From Escherichia phage vB_EcoM_Lutter: DNA of 64,000 nt. Position 1 is the stretch's first letter, and every line of letters starts with the position of its first letter. The notes beneath the pieces were generated by a model. It was not told the origin of the DNA, ran no database searches, and saw only the letters and a list, made by a program, of their open reading frames with translations. This document shows positions 9,037-19,646 of the stretch, one piece after another. The translations under genes and the position numbers were made by a program. Where the stretch lies: sequence record NC_054924.1; one strand, given 5' to 3'.

Positions 9037-9123
9037 TGGTGCGAGAAGTGGGACTCGAACCCACAAGGAAATCATTCCGCAGCATTTTAAGTGCTGTGCC
9101 TTTACCAATTTGACCATTCTCGC
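9037..9123 (-). tRNA. tRNA-Leu (anticodon UAA), type II
   Basis: 87 nt; acceptor gcgagaa/ttctcgc; anticodon stem cagca/tgctg, loop cuUAAaa; long variable arm. Confidence 0.8.
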
Positions 9124-9129
9124 GCTATA

Positions 9130-9738
9130 TTATTTATTACGTGAAAAAGACTGTTCTATCAATTCTGGACACTTTCGTTCTATCCATTTTCTAGCTTTTT
9201 GTGGGCTTATACCTATTATTTTAGCAGCTTTACTAACCCATCCAAATTTAGAATAATCGATTTTAACTAATTCTTCGTAAATTTCATCAGTTAAAATCTT
9301 TTCATTAATATTTACCAGTAAATGATATAATTTATTATCATTAGCAATTTTAATGAATCTTTTATAGTTTCCGCCTTTACTTAAACCTAATGAAGTAATT
9401 GCAGATGATATAGTAGCCGAATTTAATAGTGCGTTTAAAATTTCTTCATCACTAACATTATAACGCTTTTTATTATTTTTAATATTTTTACCAGCAAAAG
9501 TATCAGTTTGCGAATGGCAGTTTGGACATAATAATCTTAAATTTGATTTAAGATGATTTTTGTTATTTCCATCAATATGGTCTAATTGCAGAACAATATG
9601 CTTATTTTGCCATTTTGAAATTTTACAAATTGCACACTCATATGGAAAAATATTTTCTTTTATTATTTTGTCTTTCAGCTTTCCTGTACTAAAATTTGGA
9701 TGTTTTCCTTCAAAAATTTCAGCTAATTTAGTATCCAT
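9130..9738 (-). mobile_element. HNH-family homing endonuclease, free-standing, abutting tRNA-Leu
   Basis: CAICKISKW...HIVLQLDHIDGNNKNHLKSNLRLLCPNCH is a canonical HNH/zinc-finger motif; basic helix-turn-helix-like C-terminus; track start 9762 is TTG, start uncertain. Confidence 0.7.
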
Positions 9739-9848
9739 AATATGATTCCCAATTATTAACAAAGGCTCTCAAACAAGAACCCTTGATGATAGAGGGTATT
9801 AATCAGTGCGGTATGAGTTAATAATAACAAATAATTCTTAAAGCATAT

Positions 9849-10136
9849 TTACCATTTATGATAATACATATTTACGATGCATTCAAGACCCAAAGGATTC
9901 TTGAAAATATCATATTCAAGAGGACCTTTTTCTGTTTCAATAAAGAAATCAAAATTTACTGTATTAAATTTACGGTCTTCCTTTACTAATTTAACTTGTG
10001 AAGATGAACGGTCAATGTAAACCTTTTCAACTTCAAAATATGTTAAAATGCCATAATCATCAATCAAGGCTTTAGCCGCGTCTTGATCATATTTATATCC
10101 ATTTTCAATGGACGATACTTTCGCATAAAGAATCAT
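9849..10136 (-). CDS. Hypothetical protein
   Basis: ORF; track start 10142 is TTG, first ATG at 10136. Confidence 0.5.
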   Translation of the reverse strand: MILYAKVSSIENGYKYDQDAAKALIDDYGILTYFEVEKVYIDRSSSQVKLVKEDRKFNTVNFDFFIETEKGPLEYDIFKNPLGLECIVNMYYHKW

Positions 10137-10138
10137 TA

Positions 10139-10522
10139 TCAACCTTCATCAACAATAGTATGCGTATTGGCATTTACAATTTGCCACCAATCAAAGCGAT
10201 TAGAACCATAATCTGGTTTGTTTTCATTTTCTTTGATAATGTCACGGAGTTCATCTTCAGTGGCGGCTTTCGCGATTAAATCAGCATATCCACCACGAGG
10301 ATAATAATTATCACCTGCAAAAAGTAAAAAGTTTGGTTTAATGTTATTGAACTCTTCAAGAGTAATAACTGTTCCTGATGGTAGTTGAACAATCTCTACA
10401 TATTTATATCCCAATTTTTGAGCAGCATCTACTGCTTCAAGCAAAGTATCATGAGCCCATCCAATTTGACAACCTGGCTTTTCAGATGGATTAGCCTGAT
10501 AATCCGCATACACTTTATACAT
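10139..10522 (-). CDS. Hypothetical protein
   Basis: ORF; track start 10531 is GTG, first ATG at 10522. Confidence 0.5.
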   Translation of the reverse strand: MYKVYADYQANPSEKPGCQIGWAHDTLLEAVDAAQKLGYKYVEIVQLPSGTVITLEEFNNIKPNFLLFAGDNYYPRGGYADLIAKAATEDELRDIIKENENKPDYGSNRFDWWQIVNANTHTIVDEG

Positions 10523-10523
10523 T

Positions 10524-10709
10524 CTATTCACCTTTAGAAATTTTATCCATAACGATAGCGATTAAACCAATTAAAAATGCTACTACAAGTGAAAAAACGT
10601 TTTCTGCTGTAGTCAATAATCCGCATATAAATCCAACAAACATTGAAAAACTAAAAGCAGAAGCAGAAATTGCAATAGCAACATTTCGAATTAATTCACA
10701 ACGTTTCAT
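10524..10709 (-). CDS. Small hydrophobic (single-pass membrane) protein
   Basis: 61 aa; ATG with GGAG SD immediately downstream of an early promoter. Confidence 0.5.
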   Translation of the reverse strand: MKRCELIRNVAIAISASAFSFSMFVGFICGLLTTAENVFSLVVAFLIGLIAIVMDKISKGE

Positions 10710-10721
10710 TTTATTCTCCTC

Positions 10722-10791
10722 AGTAGTTGATAGGGTAATAGTATCACAACTAAAACCCTATGTAAACAACTTTGTGAAATTATTTTAAATC
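10722..10791 (-). promoter_or_regulatory. Early promoter plus stem-loop cassette (PeSL-like); copy 1 of a direct repeat
   Basis: Minus strand GTTTACA (10761-10767), 17 nt, TACTAT (10738-10743); 30-nt core 10762-10791 is identical to 11092-11121. Confidence 0.55.
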
Positions 10792-11037
10792 TTCTAATCG
10801 TTTCTTCATCTTAGAACCATTTTTAGCAATTTCTCCTGCATCGGAGCATAACGCTAAAAGTGCTTTAACTTTAGTTTGGTCTCCTTTAAAAGACGAAGGA
10901 TCGACCGCAGCAGCAAGTTCTTTAATACGAGAGAAAAGACGCTCAGCTTCAGCTAAAGCCATTCCAAGCTTTACTTCCATACCGTGAGAAGATTCAGTAA
11001 TAGTAGTTTTTGTAGCAAACTCTTTGAAAGTTTTCAT
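10780..11037 (-). CDS. ipI: Internal protein I-like protein (ipI locus, variable allele)
   Basis: 85 aa; MKTFKEFATK... N-terminus; sits immediately downstream of 57B in the transcription direction, as ipI does in T4. Confidence 0.65.
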   Translation of the reverse strand: MKTFKEFATKTTITESSHGMEVKLGMALAEAERLFSRIKELAAAVDPSSFKGDQTKVKALLALCSDAGEIAKNGSKMKKRLEDLK

Positions 11038-11040
11038 TTT

Positions 11041-11806
<766 letters not shown>

Positions 11807-11807
<1 letters not shown>

Positions 11808-12520
11808 TATAGTACCTTTAGTGTATTTTTAATTTTAGAAAAAAGTTCTTCAAGAGAACCATCGTTTGTAATTACTAAATCGCCATTACGAATTGGCAAT
11901 CCAGCTTCTGTAATATGAGTATCATTGGATTTTTGACCAGGACGAACTACATGAATTACTGTAGCACCCATCGCCCTAGCCGCATCCATTTCATGATCTT
12001 GACGAGTATCAGGAACGATATAATAATCATAACCTGAGTTAAATTTATCAAGATAATCTAAAGCAAATAATTTTACCCAATACATGCGGTCGAAGTTATT
12101 AACAATCAAATCCGTACCTAGGGCTTGCATCAGACGACGGACTGACCATTGATCTTCAATATTATTTATAACGTCAGCAATCTTGTTAAATGCTACGAAA
12201 TTAACTGCGTCATCAAAAACAAACACACCTTTAATTGGGCTTTTACTATTAAGATAGCAAAATGCTTGTTCCATAATCGTAATTACTTCTAATTTAGTCA
12301 GATTTAAATTAGTTTCACGATCATAGTCAATTCCTTCAAACTCTTTACGAGTTAAACAAGGATAGTCAGTGTTTGCTGCAAATACACCCCATGCATAAGC
12401 CAATGCATCCTTAATAGGACCAGCAAGTTGATATTTAACTGCAGAATAATTATTCATAATAAAATCTGCAGTAGTATCTTTTCCACTACGCTTTACACCA
12501 CTTAAAAAGATTAGTTTCAT
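11807..12520 (-). CDS. 1: Deoxynucleoside monophosphate kinase
   Basis: 237 aa; P-loop GVKRSGKDT; position between 57A and 3. Confidence 0.85.
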
Positions 12521-12569
12521 ATGTTTCTCCTCAAATTTAGTTAAGATTATAACACATGAAACTGAAGCA

Positions 12570-13100
12570 TTAAACTTCTGCTATAATTTTTCCATCTTTT
12601 TCTACTTGAAAATACGTATAAGGAATCGTTGCTGTGCATACTAAGGCTGGGTCTGAATCTTCTGTGTAGCTAAATTCTACTTCAGACAGGTCAGAAACCC
12701 AGGGCTTATAAAAATTTATTGACATCACGATTTCAGTTTTACTATTATCTAAAATGTAAAGCGTAATGTATTCAGGACCTGTTTTTTGGGCAGTATTTTC
12801 GCCTGTAAGATAGTTACTAGTTCCTAGCATCCATTCATACATTCCTATCCATGACTTAAGCTCTTCATCAACTATAAATCTCACGATGAGTGGGTCGTAC
12901 TCAAATGTAACACCTGGACGTTGTGCTCGGCCTAGTCCAAACGGCCCAGTCACGGTATCAGTAACAGGTATCCTAATTCCCGGAATAGGAACTGACTGAG
13001 CATTTAAAGTAAAAGCAGATGTAGTATTACTATGCGGTATTGATACTACAAAGTTAGTTGTATTTGCTTGGTTAAAAATTTGTTGTAGTGCTTGCGACAT
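12570..13100 (-). CDS. 3: Tail tube terminator / sheath stabiliser gp3
   Basis: 176 aa from the ATG at 13100 (GAGGA SD); the track start is an upstream extension. Confidence 0.8.
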   Translation of the reverse strand: MSQALQQIFNQANTTNFVVSIPHSNTTSAFTLNAQSVPIPGIRIPVTDTVTGPFGLGRAQRPGVTFEYDPLIVRFIVDEELKSWIGMYEWMLGTSNYLTGENTAQKTGPEYITLYILDNSKTEIVMSINFYKPWVSDLSEVEFSYTEDSDPALVCTATIPYTYFQVEKDGKIIAEV

Positions 13101-13206
13101 ATATTCCTCATAATGCTTCATAAATGTTGGTGGTATAATGGGTCTAAGTCCCTTCCATTCAATTCCAATTAGAACAAACAATAGAAAAGAATGGAAGATA
13201 ATAGAA

Positions 13207-14031
13207 TTAGATATTTGACCAGACTTTGTTTGCAGAGAAACGTTTTCCTTTTGAAACGAACTGCTGAAGTGGCATTAATACAACGTTCGCCCAGTCTTTC
13301 GGGGCGATTTCAACAAGGCTACCCATAATATTACCGGGTATATATGCCTTAATCATTTGGTCTGCACCCCTAAATCCTTTCACTTGACTCCAATCAATTT
13401 TTAATTTCGTTTTATTAGTAATAGTAGGTGTATTCGAATATTGCTTTAAAAGCTCTTCTAGAAATTGCTGACGAGCTTTAGGTGGAATATAGTGCAAGTT
13501 TAATCCGTACATTAAATTATGCTTACCTAAACCAAGGTAAATTATCAAAGGAAATTTATCCCAGTAAGGAAGAGTTTCCTTATGTTTAGCATCATAAGCA
13601 AAAGCATATATTCGTCCCGGCTGCGGGCGAACAACTTTATGTCCTTTTACTTGCTTAATAGTTTCAGCAAACCACTTTCTGGTTTTATTATTAATTGCTG
13701 CACCTTCATTACGAATTTTATCACGCAATGTTTGCCTGAATGAATTTATCATAAGCAGTTGTCTTTCTTGCTTATTGAGTTTATTCATTGGTTTTGATTC
13801 AAGCTTTTGAATCTTTTCAGCCGTTTTAATTCCTGAAGCATATTTTGACATTGCCGAAGTAAACGTAGAGTATTTGATTCCTCTTTCTTCAGCAAATTGC
13901 TTTCCTGTCATTCCTTTTGCTTTGGCCTTTTTATATTCAAGACCTATCTGAATCCATTTCTTTTCGTTTAATGATTGCTTAACCTTTGGAACTTGGGGAG
14001 TGCTTTCATTAATTATTTGAAAAATAGCCAT
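13207..14031 (-). CDS. 2: DNA end-protector protein gp2
   Basis: 274 aa; TAATG overlap with the gene 4 stop; T4 order 3-2-4. Confidence 0.85.
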   Translation of the reverse strand: MAIFQIINESTPQVPKVKQSLNEKKWIQIGLEYKKAKAKGMTGKQFAEERGIKYSTFTSAMSKYASGIKTAEKIQKLESKPMNKLNKQERQLLMINSFRQTLRDKIRNEGAAINNKTRKWFAETIKQVKGHKVVRPQPGRIYAFAYDAKHKETLPYWDKFPLIIYLGLGKHNLMYGLNLHYIPPKARQQFLEELLKQYSNTPTITNKTKLKIDWSQVKGFRGADQMIKAYIPGNIMGSLVEIAPKDWANVVLMPLQQFVSKGKRFSANKVWSNI

Positions 14032-14483
14032 TATGCCCCCTTAAAGCCAAGAGCTCGTAATCCATCTTCTGTTAGAATTCTAAATTTTATTCCACGCTTT
14101 TCAGCTAAAGATTGTGCTGCTTTCCATTTGTCGGTATTAACGGAATATGTATAAATTTCATTCATAAATCTTTTCTTCGCTGCAGTTGTTAGATGTGCTG
14201 GTTTAACTGGTGGTTGTGTTTCTTTTTTAGGTTTTATTTCAATAAAAAATTCTTGTCCAGAAGAATCTTTCATCCAAATATCCATGAAGTATCTACGTTT
14301 TTTCCCTTCGGCATTACAAAAATAAGGAATTACTGCTGTTTCACTACCCCATGCAATAATTTCTGGATTTTTATCTAACCATTCAAAAAAGAATTTTTCC
14401 CAATTTGATCTATACGTAATTTTTTTAGGGTCACCTCTATATTTTGATATATTTTTAGGAACCCATTTTCCAGAATATGCCAT
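14031..14483 (-). CDS. 4: Head completion protein gp4
   Basis: 150 aa; synteny. Confidence 0.8.
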   Translation of the reverse strand: MAYSGKWVPKNISKYRGDPKKITYRSNWEKFFFEWLDKNPEIIAWGSETAVIPYFCNAEGKKRRYFMDIWMKDSSGQEFFIEIKPKKETQPPVKPAHLTTAAKKRFMNEIYTYSVNTDKWKAAQSLAEKRGIKFRILTEDGLRALGFKGA

Positions 14484-14494
14484 TGGATTCTCCT

Positions 14495-14502
14495 TATAAA
14501 TA
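14495..14502 (+). promoter_or_regulatory. Late promoter (TATAAATA) for 53
   Basis: Exact TATAAATA about 30 nt upstream of the gene 53 ATG. Confidence 0.6.
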
Positions 14503-14509
14503 GATAATA

Positions 14510-14517
14510 TATTTATA
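14510..14517 (-). promoter_or_regulatory. Late promoter (TATAAATA on minus strand) for 4
   Basis: Plus-strand tatttata about 30 nt upstream of the gene 4 ATG; divergent with the gene 53 promoter. Confidence 0.55.
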
Positions 14518-14530
14518 AACAGGAGGGCCC

Positions 14531-15121
14531 ATGCTCTTTACATTTTTTGATCCGATTGAATATGCGGCCAAAACGGTGAATAAAAACGCGCCGACTATTC
14601 CTATGACAGATATTTTTAGAAACTATAAAGACTATTTCAAACGTGCTCTTGCGGGATACCGCTTACGTACTTATTATATTAAAGGTTCACCACGCCCGGA
14701 AGAATTAGCAAATGCTATATATGGAAATCCACAGCTGTATTGGGTTTTATTGATGTGTAATGATAATTATGACCCGTATTATGGATGGATTACTTCACAA
14801 GAAGCTGCTTATCAAGCATCTATACAAAAATACAAAAACGTAGGTGGAGACCAAATAGTATATCATGTGAATGAGAATGGTGAAAAATTTTATAATTTAA
14901 TATCATACGATGATAATCCATATGTTTGGTATGATAAAGGCGATAAAGCTAGAAAATATCCTCAATATGAAGGAGCACTTGCTGCGGTCGATACGTATGA
15001 AGCGGCTGTTCTTGAAAATGAAAAACTTCGTCAAATAAAAATAATAGCAAAATCAGACATTAATTCATTTATGAACGACCTTATACGTATAATGGAGAAA
15101 TCTTATGGAAATGATAAGTAA
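14531..15121 (+). CDS. 53: Baseplate wedge protein gp53
   Basis: 196 aa; synteny and length. Confidence 0.85.
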   Translation: MLFTFFDPIEYAAKTVNKNAPTIPMTDIFRNYKDYFKRALAGYRLRTYYIKGSPRPEELANAIYGNPQLYWVLLMCNDNYDPYYGWITSQEAAYQASIQKYKNVGGDQIVYHVNENGEKFYNLISYDDNPYVWYDKGDKARKYPQYEGALAAVDTYEAAVLENEKLRQIKIIAKSDINSFMNDLIRIMEKSYGNDK

Positions 15122-16832
15122 TAACCTTAATTGGTTTGTTGGTGTTGTTGAAGATAGAATGGACCCATTAAAATTAGGTCGTGTTCGTGTTCGTGTGGTT
15201 GGTCTACATCCACCTCAAAGAGCACAAGGTGATGTAATGGGTATTCCAACTGAAAAATTACCATGGATGTCAGTTATTCAACCTATAACTTCTGCAGCGA
15301 TGTCAGGAATTGGAGGTTCCGTTACTGGACCAGTAGAAGGAACTAGAGTTTATGGTCATTTTTTAGACAAATGGAAAACTAACGGAATTGTCCTTGGCAC
15401 GTATGGTGGAATAGTTCGCGAAAAACCGAATAGACTTGAAGGATTTTCTGACCCAACTGGACAGTATCCTAGACGTTTAGGAAATGATACGAACGTATTA
15501 AACCAAGGCGGAGAAGTAGGATATGATTCGTCTTCTAACATTATCCAAGATAATAACTTAGACACCGCAATAAATCCCGATGATAGACCACTATCAGAGA
15601 TTCCGACCGATGATAATCCAAATATGTCAATGGCTGACATGCTTCGCCGTGATGAAGGATTAAGACTAAAAGTTTATTGGGATACCGAAGGATATCCTAC
15701 AATTGGTATTGGTCATCTTATCATGAAGCAGCCAGTTCGTGATATGGCTCAAATTAATAAAGTTTTATCGAAACAAGTTGGTCGTGAAATTACTGGAAAC
15801 CCAGGTTCTATTACAATGGAAGAAGCGACGACTTTATTTGAGCGTGATTTGGCTGATATGCAACGTGACATTAAATCACATTCTAAAGTAGGACCAGTCT
15901 GGCAAGCTGTCAACCGTTCTCGTCAAATGGCATTAGAAAATATGGCATTTCAGATGGGTGTTGGCGGTGTAGCTAAATTTAACACAATGTTAACTGCTAT
16001 GTTAGCCGGAGATTGGGAAAAAGCATATAAAGCCGGTCGTGATTCATTGTGGTATCAACAAACAAAAGGCCGTGCATCCCGTGTTACCATGATTATTCTT
16101 ACGGGGAATTTGGAATCATATGGTGTTGAAGTGAAAACTCCAGCTAGGTCTTTATCGGCAATGGCTGCGACTGTAGCTAAATCTTCTGACCCTGCTGACC
16201 CTCCTATTCCAAATGACTCGAGAATTTTATTCAAAGAACCAGTTTCTTCATATAAAGGCGAATATCCTTATGTGCATACAATGGAAACTGAAAGTGGACA
16301 TATTCAGGAATTTGATGATACCCCTGGGCAAGAACGATATAGATTAGTTCATCCAACTGGAACTTATGAAGAAGTATCACCATCAGGAAGAAGAACAAGA
16401 AAAACTGTTGATAATTTGTATGATATAACCAACGCTGATGGTAATTTTTTGGTAGCCGGCGATAAAAAGACTAACGTCGGTGGATCAGAAATTTATTACA
16501 ACATGGATAATCGTCTTCACCAAATAGATGGAAGCAATACAATATTTGTCCGTGGCGATGAAACTAAGACAGTTGAAGGTAATGGAACTATCCTAGTCAA
16601 AGGTAATGTTACTATTGTAGTTGAAGGTAATGCTGACATTACAGTTAAAGGGGATGCTACCACTTTAGTTGAAGGAAATCAAACTAACACAGTAAATGGA
16701 AACCTTTCTTGGAAAGTTGCCGGGACAGTTGATTGGGACGTTGGTGGTGATTGGACAGAAAAAATGGCATCTATGAGTTCTATTTCATCTGGTCAATACA
16801 CAATTGATGGATCGAGGATTGACATTGGCTAA
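15105..16832 (+). CDS. 5: Baseplate hub / cell-puncturing device with lysozyme domain, gp5
   Basis: 575 aa; internal DEGLRLKVYWDTEGYPTIGIGHLI lysozyme domain paralogous to e; C-terminal VEGN beta-helix repeats. Confidence 0.95.
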   Translation: MEMISNNLNWFVGVVEDRMDPLKLGRVRVRVVGLHPPQRAQGDVMGIPTEKLPWMSVIQPITSAAMSGIGGSVTGPVEGTRVYGHFLDKWKTNGIVLGTYGGIVREKPNRLEGFSDPTGQYPRRLGNDTNVLNQGGEVGYDSSSNIIQDNNLDTAINPDDRPLSEIPTDDNPNMSMADMLRRDEGLRLKVYWDTEGYPTIGIGHLIMKQPVRDMAQINKVLSKQVGREITGNPGSITMEEATTLFERDLADMQRDIKSHSKVGPVWQAVNRSRQMALENMAFQMGVGGVAKFNTMLTAMLAGDWEKAYKAGRDSLWYQQTKGRASRVTMIILTGNLESYGVEVKTPARSLSAMAATVAKSSDPADPPIPNDSRILFKEPVSSYKGEYPYVHTMETESGHIQEFDDTPGQERYRLVHPTGTYEEVSPSGRRTRKTVDNLYDITNADGNFLVAGDKKTNVGGSEIYYNMDNRLHQIDGSNTIFVRGDETKTVEGNGTILVKGNVTIVVEGNADITVKGDATTLVEGNQTNTVNGNLSWKVAGTVDWDVGGDWTEKMASMSSISSGQYTIDGSRIDIG

Positions 16833-17361
16833 TATACTTCCAATGAGCGCTGATTTAGGAGAATCCATGGAAGGTTCTTCTATCGACGTCACCTTTACCG
16901 CTCAATTAGAAACAGGTGAAACGTTAGTATCTATAAATATAACTAGTTACGAAGAAACTCCTGGGGTTTTAGTAGAAGAAAATCGCTTATACGGAACATA
17001 TGAATCTGTGTTTGGATTTGGAAATGACGCGTTGAAATATCGTTTAGGCGATGAATTTAAAACTGCTGCTTCATGGGAAGAACTTCCTACTGATTCTGAC
17101 ACTCAGTTGTATTTGTGGAAAGCTCCTCAGAATCTCCAGAAGACATTCACTTACGAAGTAACATTAATATATGACTACCAAGAACAAAGTGAATCTGGAG
17201 GTTCTGGCAGTAATTCTAGGTCATCTTCTGATACTACTGAACCAACGGATCCTCCTGCTCCAATAAGAAAAACTCTCGTTAAAAATTATACTAAAACTAT
17301 AGTTGGAAATTGGAGTCGTTGGGCTAATAAATTGAGAAGCTATGTGTATGAGAGGCCATAA
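16804..17361 (+). CDS. 5.1: gp5.1-like protein
   Basis: 185 aa ORF in the T4 5.1 position; start uncertain. Confidence 0.6.
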
Positions 17362-17655
17362 ATGTCAGGATTAAGTTATGATAAGTGTGTCACTGCTGGC
17401 CATGAAGCGTGGCCTCCAACAGTTGTGAATGCTACACAAAGTAAAGTATTCACTGGAGGAATTGCTGTTCTCGTAGCAGGTGATCCAATTACAGAACATA
17501 CAGAAATTAAAAAGCCATATGAAACACATGGCGGAGTGACACAACCCAGAACTTCTAAGGTATATGTCACTGGAAAGAAAGCTGTTCAAATGGCTGATCC
17601 AATATCATGCGGTGATACTGTGGCTCAGGCATCATCTAAAGTATTCATTAAATAG
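17362..17655 (+). CDS. 5.4: PAAR-repeat spike-tip protein gp5.4
   Basis: 97 aa; position after 5/5.1. Confidence 0.8.
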
Positions 17656-17663
17656 GATTTAAA

Positions 17664-19646
17664 ATGGCAAATACCCCTGTAAATTATCAATTAACAAGAA
17701 CAGCAAATGCTATTCCCGAGATATTCGTCGGGGGTACGTTTGCTGAAATAAAACAAAACCTCATTGAATGGCTTAATGGTCAAAATGAATTTTTGGATTA
17801 TGATTTTGAAGGCTCAAGATTAAACGTTCTGTGTGACCTTTTGGCTTATAATACGCTGTACATTCAACAGTTTGGTAATGCTGCTGTGTATGAAAGCTTT
17901 ATGCGTACTGCTAACTTACGAAGTTCAGTTGTTCAAGCTGCACAAGATAACGGATATTTACCTACTTCAAAATCCGCTGCGCAGACCGAAATTATGTTAA
18001 CATGCACCGACGCATTGAATAGGAATTACATTACTATTCCTCGCGGAACTCGCTTTTTAGCATATGCAAAAGATACTTCTGTTAATCCATATAACTTCGT
18101 TTCTACCGAAGACGTTATTGCTATTCGTGATAAAAATAACCAATATTTTCCACGTTTAAAATTGGCTCAGGGACGTATAGTAAGAACTGAAATCATTTAT
18201 GATAAATTAACACCTATTATCATTTATGATAAAAATATTGATAGAAACCAGGTTAAATTATATGTTGATGGAGCGGAATGGATTAACTGGACGAGAAAGT
18301 CAATGGTTCATGCTGGTTCAACATCAACGATTTACTATATGCGTGAAACTATTGATGGAAACACTGAATTCTATTTTGGCGAAGGTGAAATTTCTGTTAA
18401 TGCTTCTGAAGGAGCTTTGACCGCTAATTATATCGGAGGTCTTAAACCTACCCAGAACTCTACGATTGTTATTGAGTACATCAGTACTAACGGTGCAGAT
18501 GCGAATGGTGCAGTCGGATTTTCATATGCAGATACATTAACAAATATAACTGTCATCAATATTAATGAAAATCCAAACGACGACCCAGATTTTGTCGGAG
18601 CAGATGGCGGCGGTGATCCAGAAGATATTGAACGTATTCGCGAATTGGGTACTATTAAACGCGAAACCCAGCAACGTTGCGTAACTGCGACTGATTATGA
18701 TACATTCGTTTCAGAGAGATTTGGTTCTATTATTCAAACTGTTCAGACTTTCACTGATTCTACTAAACCTGGGTATGCATTTATTGCTGCTAAACCTAAA
18801 TCAGGATTGTATTTAACTACTGTGCAACGTGAAGATATTAAAAATTATCTCAAAGACTATAATTTAGCTCCTATTACGCCATCAATTATTTCTCCTAATT
18901 ATCTTTTTATTAAGACTAATTTAAAAGTCACATATGCTTTAAATAAGCTGCAAGAATCCGAACAGTGGCTCGAAGGTCAAATAATTGATAAAATTGATCG
19001 TTATTATACCGAAGATGTAGAAATTTTCAACTCGTCTTTTGCCAAGTCTAAGATGTTGACATATGTAGATGATGCAGATCATTCTATCATTGGTTCATCA
19101 GCGACAATTCAAATTGTTCGTGAAGTACAAAACTTCTATAAAACGCCTGAAGCAGGTATTAAATACAATAATCAAATAAAAGATCGTTCTATGGAATCTA
19201 ATACGTTTTCATTTAATTCTGGACGAAAGGTTGTAAATCCTGATACTGGTTTAGAAGAAGATGTATTATATGACGTTCGTATAGTATCAACAGACCGAGA
19301 TTCTAAAGGAATTGGTAAAGTTATTATTGGTCCATTTGCTTCTGGCGATGTTACAGAAAATGAAAACATCCAGCCGTATACAGGCAACGATTTTAACAAA
19401 TTAGCAAATTCTGATGGACGCGACAAATACTATGTTATCGGTGAAATAAATTATCCAGCTGACATGATTTATTGGAATATCGCTAAAATTAATTTAACAT
19501 CTGAAAAATTTGAAGTTCAGACTATTGAATTATATTCTGACCCAACCGATGATGTTATCTTTACTCGCGATGGTTCACTGATTGTATTTGAAAATGACTT
19601 ACGTCCACAATACTTAACTATCGATTTGGAGCCTATATCACAATGA
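17664..19646 (+). CDS. 6: Baseplate wedge protein gp6
   Basis: 660 aa; synteny. Confidence 0.9.
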   Translation: MANTPVNYQLTRTANAIPEIFVGGTFAEIKQNLIEWLNGQNEFLDYDFEGSRLNVLCDLLAYNTLYIQQFGNAAVYESFMRTANLRSSVVQAAQDNGYLPTSKSAAQTEIMLTCTDALNRNYITIPRGTRFLAYAKDTSVNPYNFVSTEDVIAIRDKNNQYFPRLKLAQGRIVRTEIIYDKLTPIIIYDKNIDRNQVKLYVDGAEWINWTRKSMVHAGSTSTIYYMRETIDGNTEFYFGEGEISVNASEGALTANYIGGLKPTQNSTIVIEYISTNGADANGAVGFSYADTLTNITVININENPNDDPDFVGADGGGDPEDIERIRELGTIKRETQQRCVTATDYDTFVSERFGSIIQTVQTFTDSTKPGYAFIAAKPKSGLYLTTVQREDIKNYLKDYNLAPITPSIISPNYLFIKTNLKVTYALNKLQESEQWLEGQIIDKIDRYYTEDVEIFNSSFAKSKMLTYVDDADHSIIGSSATIQIVREVQNFYKTPEAGIKYNNQIKDRSMESNTFSFNSGRKVVNPDTGLEEDVLYDVRIVSTDRDSKGIGKVIIGPFASGDVTENENIQPYTGNDFNKLANSDGRDKYYVIGEINYPADMIYWNIAKINLTSEKFEVQTIELYSDPTDDVIFTRDGSLIVFENDLRPQYLTIDLEPISQ

